The notes under the pieces: model-generated
Seen by the model: only the letters and a program-made list of their open reading frames with translations
What the model was told of the DNA's origin: nothing
Databases searched by the model: none
Part shown: positions 1 to 9,319 of the stretch, in pieces
Layout: the number at the start of each line of letters is the position of its first letter
Numbering within the stretch: position 1 is the stretch's first letter
NCBI GenBank assembly: GCA_051872335.1
Contig: JBJEDT010000024.1
Location: 6,984-70,983, forward strand
DNA: 64,000 bases
Direction: 5' to 3'
DNA from: Bacilli bacterium
Lineage (GTDB): Bacteria > Bacillota_I > Bacilli_A > RFN20 > CAG-826
Translations under genes and position numbers: made by a program

Positions 1-701
1 TTTTCTATTTGGCATATTCTTTGGATAGTATTAATCATTGGATTTGCATTTCTAGGTTACTTTTTATTAAGAAACAAAGAAGAAAAAACTAAAACTTTAG
101 TCTTAAATGTCTTAGCTTGTTTATTAATAGGAATTTATATTCTTGATTTCTTCATTATGCCTTTTTCTCAAGGCAAAATTGATATTGATAAACTTCCTTT
201 TCACTTCTGTACATTAACTGCTGTTTTTATACCATTTGCTCAATTTAATAAAAAATTTAAACCAATTAAAAATGTTATTGTTTGTTTTGCAATTGTATCA
301 TCCTTAATGTATATAACTTATCCTGGCTCAGCTCTTGGAGGAATTAGTCCATTTGCATATAAAGTAATTCAAACATTTTTATTTCATAGTTTTGAATTTA
401 CATGGGATTTTTATGTCTTACATTAAAAAATGTACGCTTCTCTTTTAAAGAAATTTGGAAAGAAGCTGTTGGTCTAGTTATATTAATCGTTTGGGCTTTC
501 ATTGGAAACTTTGCTTATGAAGGAATTCCAGATGGTCACCACTATGATTGGTTCTTTGTGACTGGTTCAACATTCCTTTTCATTCCAAAATCATTAATGC
601 CACTAGTTGTATTCATTGCAACATTTGGTATGTGTGCACTTATTTATTTAATTGATTATATAGTTAAAAGAATAGCAACTAAAAAGAGTGAAACCAAATA
701 G
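1..701 (+). pseudogene. TIGR02206/YwaF-family integral membrane protein, 5' end outside the window. Coding runs in frame 1 to 426, then continues in frame 3 from 402 to 701: an apparent 1-nt frameshift, or a sequencing error, near 396-405.
   Basis: Frame 1 is open from nt 1 and contains the LPFHFCTL motif shared with the paralogs at 2722 and 47153. The frame-3 ORF (MGFLCLTLKNVRF...) aligns with the next segment of the 2722 paralog (GCLFLFVGGYVKVNVF). Combined length is about 240 aa, typical of the family. Confidence 0.45.
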
Positions 702-727
702 TTTATTATTATATTTAATTGATTAAC

Positions 728-753
728 AACGCTATATTTATAGCGTTTTTTAT
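728..753 (+). terminator. Rho-independent terminator: AACGCTATA-ttt-TATAGCGTT followed by a T-run.
   Basis: Perfect 9-bp stem followed by TTTTTTAT directly after the stop at 701. Confidence 0.6.
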
Positions 754-798
754 ATACAAAAAGTATTTCTAAAAATAAAAAAGGAAATTAATCCTTTT

Positions 799-1599
799 TT
801 ATTCATTATCGTCTTCTTCAACTTCTTCGTATTCTTCATTTTCTTCATTTTTTCTAAAAAGACCTGCAATCATGTAATAAACTGGTACTGTGATAAATAA
901 GACCCATAATGGATGCCATAAATTCAAAAAGACACCTAATGCACAATATAATGCTGTAATAAATAATGGATATGCAAAATGATTTCCATTTTTTAATTTA
1001 ATTGATTTATAGAATGAACCCGGAACTGGAATAGCAATAAATAAGAACCAATATGTTTCAAATCCGAATCCTAATGGCTTAAGCATTCCTAATATAATAT
1101 AAGCAATAACAACTACTAGTAGGGTAATACCAGTTATTGCACCTGCAATCTTATCTTCTTTGCTTTCTATTTTCTTAAGAAAATCTTTCTTTCCAACAAC
1201 TTTTACTTGGCCATTTTTATCTGTTAGTATTGTTTTCCCTTTTTCAACAATAATAGTATTGCCTTCATCGTCTTTAACAGTGACTCTTCCTTTTCCAGCA
1301 CTAACAATAGTACCATCGTTATCTTCAAAGATTACATCAGAATCAACCTTTTCTTGAGTATTAGATTCTTTGTTCTCCTCAATAATATCAATTGCATCAT
1401 CGCCATTTAGTAATTCATCTAATGATATACCATATAGCTTAGCTAATTGAATTAAATTATCTGTATCTGGAGAAGATTCACTTCTTTCCCATTTTGATAC
1501 TGCTTGTCTTGATACTCCTAATTTTTCTGCTAAATCCTCTTGTGATAAATTGTGTTTCTTTCTTAATTCACATAATCTGTTTGCTGTTTTAATATTCAT
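799..1599 (-). CDS. XRE-family HTH transcriptional regulator fused to a C-terminal multi-pass membrane domain.
   Basis: N-terminal LSQEDLAEKLGVSRQAVSKWE helix-turn-helix; hydrophobic C-terminal segments (ITGITLLVVVIAYIILG, WFLFIAIPVPG, LYCALGVFLNLW); AGGAGG RBS 8 nt upstream. Confidence 0.75.
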   Translation of the reverse strand: MNIKTANRLCELRKKHNLSQEDLAEKLGVSRQAVSKWERSESSPDTDNLIQLAKLYGISLDELLNGDDAIDIIEENKESNTQEKVDSDVIFEDNDGTIVSAGKGRVTVKDDEGNTIIVEKGKTILTDKNGQVKVVGKKDFLKKIESKEDKIAGAITGITLLVVVIAYIILGMLKPLGFGFETYWFLFIAIPVPGSFYKSIKLKNGNHFAYPLFITALYCALGVFLNLWHPLWVLFITVPVYYMIAGLFRKNEENEEYEEVEEDDNE

Positions 1600-1624
1600 T
1601 GTTTTTTCCTCCTAACAACATCAT

Positions 1625-1691
1625 TATTAAACCAGTTGCAACCACAGTTGCACTACCTATTCTAGTTTGAAACACCGCAACTATAGGTTGC
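1625..1691. promoter_or_regulatory. Two related palindromes, TGCAAC-caca-GTTGCA (1627-1642) and GCAAC-tatag-GTTGC (1677-1691), in the leader of the XRE-membrane regulator: putative operator sites.
   Basis: Perfect inverted repeats sharing a GCAAC/GTTGC core, about 50 bp apart, in the 167-bp region upstream of the regulator start at 1599. Confidence 0.4.
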
Positions 1692-1766
1692 AAATATAAA
1701 ATTTTCCTTAATCTTAATATAAAAATCATTATTTTTTAACAAAATAAGCAAAATTAAAAATATTTT

Positions 1767-2696
1767 TTATAAAACTTTTAACAATTCTTCGCTAAATTTA
1801 CGACCTAAAGCAAGTTCACTCAATGAATCATAATGACCCCAGTCAGGATTACCTTCAGGTTCTTGATCAATTGTAAAGCCCATATCTATAGTCGAAAAAT
1901 AGATATTCAATAGAGAAAGTGTAGCAAACTTTTCTTTAGCTTCATTAATTATTGGATAAGCTGGTTCGCAATAAGGACTATTCGAAATACCAGCATCGAT
2001 AAAATATATTCCTTTGTCAGATGCATACTCTTTTAAGTCATCGCGAAGATAATTAACAAATGCTGTTTGGTTTTTAAAATATTTATTTGCTTTTTCGTAT
2101 GTTGTATCAGATTCACCTTGCATCCAACAAATAGCTCCTATTTGAGCATCATAATTATACTTTTCTAGTTCTCCCATATACTTATGTACAAAAGCAATAC
2201 AAGCATCATAAATCCATGCTCTTTCTTGATTATATAACCAATGATAATTTAAAGAATAACCAGACATCGTATATTTAAAAATGAATACTTTTTCTCCATT
2301 TGTATTGCCGTTTAAAATATCAGCTATACCTAATTCAGGACCAAAACATCCTTCATAAGCACAAGTTAAATCAACCTGTTTAAAGTTACCATTTGAAGAA
2401 ACATTATGGTCATCAATGCAATAATTAATTAAAACATTTTCATAACCATTTTCAAATTTTTGATATTCCTCTTCAGTAGTATTAATTTGTAAGTAATCAT
2501 TGTAACTACATCCGGAAGCATTGCTTTGGCCTAATAATAAAACTACTTTTGATTTAATACCTTTTCCATCTTCTAAATTAGTAGTATCTTCATAATCAGT
2601 GTTCATATTTAACTTATAATAATCTTTATTTTGACAAGAACATGAAGTTAAACAAGTAAATAATAAAGTACTAATGTAAATTGTTCTTTTATTCAT
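1767..2696 (-). CDS. Secreted SGNH/DUF303-type carbohydrate esterase lipoprotein (sialate O-acetylesterase-like).
   Basis: Signal peptide with lipobox (LLFTCLTSCSC); LLLGQSNASG esterase motif typical of the 9-O-acetylesterase/DUF303 family; AAAGGTGA RBS. Confidence 0.6.
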   Translation of the reverse strand: MNKRTIYISTLLFTCLTSCSCQNKDYYKLNMNTDYEDTTNLEDGKGIKSKVVLLLGQSNASGCSYNDYLQINTTEEEYQKFENGYENVLINYCIDDHNVSSNGNFKQVDLTCAYEGCFGPELGIADILNGNTNGEKVFIFKYTMSGYSLNYHWLYNQERAWIYDACIAFVHKYMGELEKYNYDAQIGAICWMQGESDTTYEKANKYFKNQTAFVNYLRDDLKEYASDKGIYFIDAGISNSPYCEPAYPIINEAKEKFATLSLLNIYFSTIDMGFTIDQEPEGNPDWGHYDSLSELALGRKFSEELLKVL

Positions 2697-2721
2697 AATA
2701 ATTCACCTTTAGTTATTAGTA

Positions 2722-3492
2722 TTATTCTTCATCACTATTTTTTAATGAATTCTTTTTTTGAGGAATATACAAGAACAAATTATCAATTGATTTAAACCAA
2801 CGTTTTTCTTTCTCTTTTGTAAAGTGTTCCCATAACGAAGTAAAGATGAAAATTAATAAAAGCATTGATAAAGCAAACATCCACCATTTAAAAGCTGGTA
2901 ATTCATAAGGCCCATGTACAAGATACATTGCATTTGGACTAGGTAATCCTCCCAAATAGAAAACTAATTCGACTAATCCACCAACTACACCACAGGACAA
3001 TAGTCCAAATGTATATGGAACTAAGTTAAATACATTAACTTTAACATAACCACCAACAAATAAGAATAAACAACCAATAAGTAAAAAAGAATGAGATAAA
3101 GCTGATTGAAAATATTGCCAATCATTAAAGCAAGGATCATTAACAAATACAGTAATCAATGCTCCAAAACAACCACCATAAGCAGTAAAGGTAGCAACAT
3201 TTTTAAAAAACTTTGATTCTTTATTTGGCCAAAGACTTACAAAGACAAGTAAATCCATCATATAATTACAAAAATAAATAGGAAATAATTGATTATCTAC
3301 AGCTGTCCCTAAACCACCATTTGCGAAAAAAGACGTATAAATGGTTGAAATATGTAATATAAAACAAATGGAAGCAACAATAAATAAAAATAAATTTTTA
3401 TACTTTTGTTTTTTAATGTAATGAGCTAAAAACATAATTAAAGAAATTATGAAAAATGAGCTAAATATATAAATAATTTGATCACGCGTCAT
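2722..3492 (-). CDS. TIGR02206/YwaF-family integral membrane protein (paralog 2).
   Basis: Multi-TM protein with the LFPIYFCN motif matching LPFHFC/LPLHMC in the other paralogs. The ATG at 3492 has a GGAGAT RBS; the ORF-track start at 3507 is a TTG. Confidence 0.6.
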   Translation of the reverse strand: MTRDQIIYIFSSFFIISLIMFLAHYIKKQKYKNLFLFIVASICFILHISTIYTSFFANGGLGTAVDNQLFPIYFCNYMMDLLVFVSLWPNKESKFFKNVATFTAYGGCFGALITVFVNDPCFNDWQYFQSALSHSFLLIGCLFLFVGGYVKVNVFNLVPYTFGLLSCGVVGGLVELVFYLGGLPSPNAMYLVHGPYELPAFKWWMFALSMLLLIFIFTSLWEHFTKEKEKRWFKSIDNLFLYIPQKKNSLKNSDEE

Positions 3493-3550
3493 AAATACTA
3501 TCTCCAAAAAAAATGTATCTTCGATTGAAGATACATAAAAATACTATAAT

Positions 3551-4270
3551 TTATTTTCTAGTAACGTTTTTTTCAAATGTTCCTTCATGGTAATAGAAGT
3601 CACTAATAAATTCTGCTATAACAATTTTTTCGCTGCCATCGATACCAAAATAAACATCAACGATTTCACCATTTTCATATAAAACTAATGTAGGTGTAGG
3701 TGTTTCTCCATTAGCTAAGTCATCACTGAAATCTTGATCAGATACTTCTTCACATTCTTCTGTTGTTAAGCCATTAACAATTTGAAGAGCATCTACATTG
3801 TTTTCAAACCATTGATAATAATGTGGAACATCCTTGTAGTCTTTGTCATCTTCATCATAATCAAAATCAGTATCATATGCATACATAAATTTTACAACTG
3901 GTTTTTCATGTGATGAATTCTTTTCATAATATTCATTAACAAAATATTTAATACCTTTTTCAGCAGTTGTACATGCATTACAATCTTCACCAACTAAGAT
4001 TAATAAGAATTTTTCACCATATTCAGAAGTTAATTTTCCTTCTTCTTCATATTTCAAGAAATCTTCAGCTGTAATATCATTTTTGTTGATAAAACTATAT
4101 TTACCACTATTTTCAGATAAGTTCTTAATTCCTTTAGAAATTGAAGGAATTGAGAAAATAATACCAAAAATAATACCAACAACTAATAATGGTTGAATCC
4201 ATGCTGTTTCTTTAATCCAGTTCCAAATTTTAGCAAAGAATGAACCAATTGCCTTAAAAACCTTTTTCAT
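3551..4270 (-). CDS. Membrane-anchored thioredoxin-fold protein with a CxxC motif.
   Basis: N-terminal TM helix (LLVVGIIFGIIFSIP), then LILVGEDCNACTTAEKG, a thioredoxin-like CxxC context; acidic DYD-rich linker; AGGAGG RBS. Confidence 0.45.
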   Translation of the reverse strand: MKKVFKAIGSFFAKIWNWIKETAWIQPLLVVGIIFGIIFSIPSISKGIKNLSENSGKYSFINKNDITAEDFLKYEEEGKLTSEYGEKFLLILVGEDCNACTTAEKGIKYFVNEYYEKNSSHEKPVVKFMYAYDTDFDYDEDDKDYKDVPHYYQWFENNVDALQIVNGLTTEECEEVSDQDFSDDLANGETPTPTLVLYENGEIVDVYFGIDGSEKIVIAEFISDFYYHEGTFEKNVTRK

Positions 4271-4488
4271 TTTATAGACCTCCTATATATACACAATATA
4301 GCCATTTAATATTACCATTAAAAACGAGTCATTTCAATAAATATTTTGTATTTTTTCTTGCCTTTGCGCAAAATTTCAAATAAATTATATTTTGCGTATA
4401 TTATTACTTAATGTATTATTAAATTTAATATTTAATAATTGCTTTTTTTCTTTCTTAGTATAAAATACATTGTATGAGGTTTTGATTT

Positions 4489-5469
4489 ATGGATGGGACA
4501 AAGAAAAGTTTAAGAAAAAAATACGATGATTATATGTTTAATCATATTAAATTAAAGAATACAATTGATACAACATTTTCATTAATTTGCATTGTTATAT
4601 CAGCTTTTATATTTGCTTTTGGATTTAGATCGTTTATATCTCCAGCTGTTGGCACTAGTTTAGCATCAGGGGGTATGTCTGGTTGTTCCCAAATTATTTT
4701 AAAAATAATTGTATTAATTCATGGTGAAATAGATACTACAGTTGCAGATAATATTGTTTCAATAGCTTATTTTCTTTTAAATGTACCTGTTTTTATTCTT
4801 GCATGGAAAGGCATAGGAAAACGTTTCGCTCTTTATTCTCTAGTTAATATTTTCTTTGTATCATTTTTTATTTCTTTTATTCCTGAATCTTTAACTAGTT
4901 TATTCACAATCGCTCCTGACGATTTTATTTCAAGAGCATTATTTGCAGGTATTTGCACTGGCTTAAGTAGTTCATTGGCTTATTTTGTAGATGGATCAGC
5001 TGGTGGCTTAGACGTAATTTCTTATTATTTTGCAATAAAGAAATCAACATCTGTTGGTAAATATATGTTCGGTTTTAATACAATTGTTATCACCGTATTT
5101 ACAATTTTATCATCAATTAATAATCCTTCTGCATCTATAATTTTACTATATACTATTGTCTATTTATTTACATCATCTACGGTTACAGACAAATTAAGCA
5201 TTAGAAATAAAAAATCTCAAATTCAAATTATTACTCAACACGAAGAACTACCTAAAATATTAATAGCTAATTTCCCACATGGATGTACAGTTGCTGATGC
5301 AAAAGGTGCATTTTCTGGAAATGGTGTCAAAATTATTTATATGATTGTTTCTTCTTTTGAAGTAAAAAGCGTCGTTGAATTGGTTAATAAAGTTGACTCT
5401 AATGCCTTTGTAAATGTATTTAACATTAATCAAGTCTACGGAAAATTTTATATTAAACCAATTAAATAG
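4489..5469 (+). CDS. YitT-family membrane protein (DUF161 + C-terminal DUF2179).
   Basis: Four or five TM helices followed by a soluble C-terminal domain (FPHGCTVADAKGAFSGNGVKIIYMIVSSFEV) characteristic of YitT/DUF2179. Confidence 0.7.
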   Translation: MDGTKKSLRKKYDDYMFNHIKLKNTIDTTFSLICIVISAFIFAFGFRSFISPAVGTSLASGGMSGCSQIILKIIVLIHGEIDTTVADNIVSIAYFLLNVPVFILAWKGIGKRFALYSLVNIFFVSFFISFIPESLTSLFTIAPDDFISRALFAGICTGLSSSLAYFVDGSAGGLDVISYYFAIKKSTSVGKYMFGFNTIVITVFTILSSINNPSASIILLYTIVYLFTSSTVTDKLSIRNKKSQIQIITQHEELPKILIANFPHGCTVADAKGAFSGNGVKIIYMIVSSFEVKSVVELVNKVDSNAFVNVFNINQVYGKFYIKPIK

Positions 5470-5470
5470 T

Positions 5471-5923
5471 TTAATTTAATATCCATACTGCAGCATTTAA
5501 ATATGTTGCAATCAATAACCAAAAAGGATAAACACAAAGTAGAACATCTATATATTTGAATTTATCTTTTAATTCCATTATTAAATATACTGCAACAATT
5601 AAATTAAATAAAATTATCACCATACTTAAGAATAAATTATGGATTACAAAAAATGTTAAACACCATAAAATATTTAATGTTCCATTGACACTTAATAAGA
5701 TAACTAATTCTTTAGTTATCTTTTTTTCTCTTAATAGATAATAAATACAAATTGCAAAAAGAGTATATATAATTGTCCACATTAAGGGAAATAGAAAATT
5801 TGGTGGCCAATAACTTGGTTTAGTGATCTCAATAAACCAATCTTTAGATAGCATAAAAAAAGTAGTACCTAACAAAGAAACAATTAAAACAGGTATCACA
5901 CTAAATAAAATATTTTTAATCAT
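5471..5923 (-). CDS. tspO: TspO/MBR (tryptophan-rich sensory protein) family membrane protein.
   Basis: KPSYWPPNFLFPLMWTIIYTLF matches the TspO signature (KPSW.PP...F..VWT.LY); 150 aa and five TM helices, typical size. Confidence 0.7.
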   Translation of the reverse strand: MIKNILFSVIPVLIVSLLGTTFFMLSKDWFIEITKPSYWPPNFLFPLMWTIIYTLFAICIYYLLREKKITKELVILLSVNGTLNILWCLTFFVIHNLFLSMVIILFNLIVAVYLIMELKDKFKYIDVLLCVYPFWLLIATYLNAAVWILN

Positions 5924-5954
5924 ATTAAGTCTCCATAATTAATATATTAATTTT

Positions 5955-5990
5955 CATTTTTTATATACAAAAAAGCTAAGAGATAATCTC
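5955..5990 (-). terminator. Terminator for the cotD-like gene: AGCTAGGAGA-tta-TCTCTTAGCT followed by a T-run on the minus strand.
   Basis: Near-perfect 10-bp stem followed by TTTTTTG on the minus strand. Confidence 0.5.
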
Positions 5991-6048
5991 CTAGCTAATA
6001 TCCTCAATAATCTCGAGATACTAAAGATAACTGAAAAAGTTAATAAAT

Positions 6049-6276
6049 TTAGCGTCCGTAATAAGTATTCTTCATGCCTTCACATACATTTTCTTCAGTA
6101 GTTGTATGTGATGGATAGTAAACTGGTCTTGGAACAAAATGGTTGACGATTCTTGTTTGAGTAGGACAAATAATCGGTTGTTCAACAGTGTAATATCTAT
6201 TACAAACCGTTTCCTTAACTGGCATTACTATTGGCTCATATTTACAAGGACATTGTGGCGTACACCTTCTATACAT
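6049..6276 (-). CDS. CotD-family spore coat protein-like small Cys/Pro/His-rich protein.
   Basis: 75 aa rich in C, P, V, H, T, Y (CTPQCPCKYEPIVMPV...VNHFVPRPVYYPSHTTT), resembling the CotD inner spore coat family; GGGAGA RBS; a sigmaK-like -10 (CATATTTTA) sits upstream. Confidence 0.4.
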   Translation of the reverse strand: MYRRCTPQCPCKYEPIVMPVKETVCNRYYTVEQPIICPTQTRIVNHFVPRPVYYPSHTTTEENVCEGMKNTYYGR

Positions 6277-6363
6277 AAATATATTCTCCCGTATTAAGAT
6301 ATGTTAAATAGTAAAATATGTAATGTTATTTGCCTATTTTTTTAAACATTTTCATAGTCTATA

Positions 6364-7251
6364 ATGATGAAAACATTAAAAAAATTATTTCCTTTTGTAT
6401 TTTTAGTTATTTTAATTATCTTTTCTTCGATAAGTTCTCTTATCTTTGTAAAAGTTCAACATTTATTTGAAACTTTCTTTTTTTCTTTAATTCCACTTTT
6501 AGCACCAACAATTCTCTTTGATTGTCTTTTTGTAAATAGTGGTGGATTGGATACCTTATGTGAAATATGTAAGAATAAAAGTAATATTTTTATAAAGATT
6601 ATTATATTAATTATTGGAATAATTGGTGGCTCTGCTTCATTAAGTTTTTATATCAATTACTTAATAAAAAGAAATATATTAACGATAAAAGAAGGCCAAT
6701 CAATGTTAAATCATTTTTTCTTACCATCACTACCATTTGTTATTAATATTATCTTAGTAAAATTAGAAGGCTATTTAAAAATACTGTTTGTTTTATTACT
6801 ATATATAGTTCCTTTTTTTATTTATACAACTTTAAATATTAAAGAACCAAAAAATATAGCATCATTAGAAGATAATATGATAGAAAATAATTCTTTTAAT
6901 TTTCTTGCTAATTCCATTTATCAAGCTGGTAAAACGATGGTTGTAATTTGTGGAACTATCATTTTGTATAATATTCCTTACTATACAATTATTCATCTTT
7001 TCAATTTAGATGATTATTATGAAATACAAGGCTTAATTGAATTTTCTAATGCTCTTATTAACTTAAGTAATAATTTAACTATTAAAAATATATGTTCAAT
7101 AATGTTTATTTTATCTTTTTCTTCTTTCTCTACTTATTCGCAAACTCATATTATGGTAGAAAAAATTAATATTTTACTGCTTATTAAAAAAAGGCTATTG
7201 TTAGCCTTTATAAATACATTTATTATTTTACTTTTTCTTCTAAATATTTAG
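6364..7251 (+). CDS. ylbJ: YlbJ-like sporulation integral membrane protein (nucleoside-recognition/gate-domain type).
   Basis: Polytopic membrane protein divergent from coaD-rsmD-ylbF, exactly as ylbJ is in Bacillus subtilis; shorter (295 aa) than B. subtilis YlbJ. Confidence 0.45.
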   Translation: MMKTLKKLFPFVFLVILIIFSSISSLIFVKVQHLFETFFFSLIPLLAPTILFDCLFVNSGGLDTLCEICKNKSNIFIKIIILIIGIIGGSASLSFYINYLIKRNILTIKEGQSMLNHFFLPSLPFVINIILVKLEGYLKILFVLLLYIVPFFIYTTLNIKEPKNIASLEDNMIENNSFNFLANSIYQAGKTMVVICGTIILYNIPYYTIIHLFNLDDYYEIQGLIEFSNALINLSNNLTIKNICSIMFILSFSSFSTYSQTHIMVEKINILLLIKKRLLLAFINTFIILLFLLNI

Positions 7252-7699
7252 TTACCATTGGAGGCACTAATGAAGAAACATCTTGACCTGCTAAAGCCAT
7301 TTCTTTAATCATTGAAGAAGAAATAAAATTGTTTTCTGAGTTCGCCATAAAAAAGACCATTTCAATATCTTTATTTATAAATCTATTTGCAGCAGCTAAT
7401 TGGAATTCATATTCAAAATCAGATACTGCACGTAATCCACGTACTAAAACTTGGACATCATTTTTACTTGCGTAATCAACAACTAATCCTTCATAAAAAT
7501 CAACTTTTACATTTGGTAAATGTTTAACTGAATCTTTAATCATATTAAGTTTTTCTTCTATAGAAAAAAATGGTTTTTTGGAAGGAGATATGGCAACTAA
7601 CACTATTAATTCATCATACAATTTTGCTGCTCTATTAATAATATTTAAATGACCATTCGTAATTGGATCAAAACTTCCTGGATAAACTGCTCTTACCAT
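7223..7699 (-). CDS. coaD: Phosphopantetheine adenylyltransferase.
   Basis: AVYPGSFDPITNGHLNII nucleotidyltransferase motif, 158 aa, AGGAGG RBS. Confidence 0.95.
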   Translation of the reverse strand: MVRAVYPGSFDPITNGHLNIINRAAKLYDELIVLVAISPSKKPFFSIEEKLNMIKDSVKHLPNVKVDFYEGLVVDYASKNDVQVLVRGLRAVSDFEYEFQLAAANRFINKDIEMVFFMANSENNFISSSMIKEMALAGQDVSSLVPPMVTKYLEEKVK

Positions 7700-7701
7700 A
7701 T

Positions 7702-8235
7702 TTACCTCCTTAATATAGTCAAATGAATGAAACCATATTTAAATCTTTTAACTTTTGAAAATAAAGATTCATCAATTAGAAATTCTTTATCTGTTTCCAC
7801 AATTATTATACCATCATTTGCAATGATATTTCTATTAATAAGCAAATCAACAATATCATTACAAACATCAAGTGCATAAGGAGGATCTAATAAAACAATA
7901 TCAAATGAATTTTCTTGTAAAGTATTTAAATAATTCTTGTAATCAGATTTAATAACTTTAGCATTTTCTATTTTTAATGTAGATAAATTTGATTTAATGC
8001 ATTTAATTGGTTCATTTTCTAAATCAACAAAAGCACAAAAAGAAGCTCCTCTCGATAAAGCTTCTATTCCATAAGCACCTGATCCAGCAAATAAATCTAA
8101 AACACGTTTGGAACCAATGCTTTCACCTAGTGATGAAAATAAAGATTCTCGTATTCTATCTTTTGTTGGACGCGTTGTCTTTTCACTTGGAAAAATAATA
8201 TTTCTATGTCGATAAATACCACCAATAATTCTCAT
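7702..8235 (-). CDS. rsmD: 16S rRNA (guanine966-N2)-methyltransferase RsmD.
   Basis: VLDLFAGSGAYGIEALSRGA SAM motif and DPPY motif; conserved position upstream of coaD. Confidence 0.9.
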   Translation of the reverse strand: MRIIGGIYRHRNIIFPSEKTTRPTKDRIRESLFSSLGESIGSKRVLDLFAGSGAYGIEALSRGASFCAFVDLENEPIKCIKSNLSTLKIENAKVIKSDYKNYLNTLQENSFDIVLLDPPYALDVCNDIVDLLINRNIIANDGIIIVETDKEFLIDESLFSKVKRFKYGFIHLTILRR

Positions 8236-8238
8236 ATA

Positions 8239-8601
8239 CTAATCTACCTTATGTTCACAGTTATGTTGAAAATCACCTAATATTTCGTGATTGATTCTTT
8301 CATATATTTTTCTAACTTCTGAAAAAGCACTTAAGTATTCTTTTACAAGAGGATGCTCATCTAATTCTTTTTTAGCTAGATATAATTTATGTTGATACTC
8401 TTTTGCTTCTTTTGTATCTTCTTTATATATTTTTAAAATATCATTGTATGATGTTTGTGCACTAGAAAAACGATATGAAAGAGCCATAACTTCTTCATTA
8501 CTTTCCATATTTTTTTCAGCTTCTTTTAGTCTTTTAACTTCATTAGAATTTTCTAATGCATCTTTTAACTCATAAGTTAAATTTAATAAAATATCATTCA
8601 T
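8239..8601 (-). CDS. ylbF: YlbF/YmcA-family regulatory protein (UPF0342).
   Basis: 120-aa helical protein matching the YlbF family; conserved position next to rsmD-coaD; its start overlaps the upstream stop (TAATG). Confidence 0.7.
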   Translation of the reverse strand: MNDILLNLTYELKDALENSNEVKRLKEAEKNMESNEEVMALSYRFSSAQTSYNDILKIYKEDTKEAKEYQHKLYLAKKELDEHPLVKEYLSAFSEVRKIYERINHEILGDFQHNCEHKVD

Positions 8602-8822
8602 TACAATAATTCTCGAGCCAAAGTCATCATTAAAGAAAAATCTTCAACTTTGTCTACCACTCTTTTCCTTCTTACTATTTTATAGTCTTTAACAAATTCC
8701 TGAAAATTTTCAGGATGTCTAGATAATTCACGATACCAGTAGGGTTTTTCTCTTAAAAATTGCCAGTAATCTATGTTTTTATCTAATTCTATTATAACAA
8801 CTGAATGCATATTAGTCATCAC
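8601..8822 (-). CDS. YlbE-like small protein.
   Basis: 73 aa; YRELSRHPENF resembles B. subtilis YlbE; sits between the ylbD-like and ylbF genes and is translationally coupled to both. Confidence 0.4.
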   Translation of the reverse strand: MMTNMHSVVIIELDKNIDYWQFLREKPYWYRELSRHPENFQEFVKDYKIVRRKRVVDKVEDFSLMMTLARELL

Positions 8823-9207
8823 TTCTTTTGTAAGGTTTGCTCATTTTTCTTCTTGTAACAATTGGTTGATCTTCAGGTTTTGTTACCTCATTTAATATAT
8901 TTAAAATTTTCTTCATTCCATTTAATCCATCACTAATTTTGTCAACATCAATTCCTGCAATTGTATCAAAAATGTTATTCGAAGTATTTTCTTTTGCCTT
9001 ACTTGAACTTCTTTCATTCTCTTCTTCTTTATTACTATGAGAGTCTTCTTCTGCTTCATTATTTTCTTCTTTAAAAATTTTATCATCTGGTCCAAATATA
9101 TCATATCTTTCATAAAGTTCTTGCCATGTATATTTCTTGGTTTCTATTAATTTAAAAACATATCGATGATTTTTAATAAATTCTTTAAATTCATCAAGTT
9201 TATTCAT
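8812..9207 (-). CDS. YlbD-like putative spore coat protein.
   Basis: N-terminus EFKEFIKNH...TWQELYERY matches the YlbD family (EFKSFVKKH...TWQELYEDW); acidic, low-complexity middle; AAGGAAGGAG RBS. Confidence 0.55.
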   Translation of the reverse strand: MNKLDEFKEFIKNHRYVFKLIETKKYTWQELYERYDIFGPDDKIFKEENNEAEEDSHSNKEEENERSSSKAKENTSNNIFDTIAGIDVDKISDGLNGMKKILNILNEVTKPEDQPIVTRRKMSKPYKRSDD

Positions 9208-9319
9208 AACTATACTCCTTCCTTACATTATTAAAATATGCACTTATACAAATAAAGTATTCAAAGCATAAACAAATAATTCATAAATTCATATATTAAT
9301 TTGAGGAGGTCTTTTATTA

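Noticed and set aside
1160-1357. Plus-strand 65-aa ORF inside the XRE regulator gene. The same class includes ORFs at 5556-5741, 8007-8198, 8922-9113, 13985-14167, 15202-15384, 16592-16801, 22482-22685, 22806-23177, 24089-24454, 26071-26280, 30286-30549, 33120-33626, 33690-33917, 40565-40780, 41326-41529, 43159-43659, 43899-44087, 48293-48499, 55296-55487, 56691-56882, 57904-58263, 58931-59188, 59928-60122 and 61476-61676.
   Set aside because: All lie antisense to, or out of frame within, well-supported longer genes. They have no RBS and a composition typical of AT-rich noise (Phe/Ile/Leu/Ser-rich). Treated as spurious.
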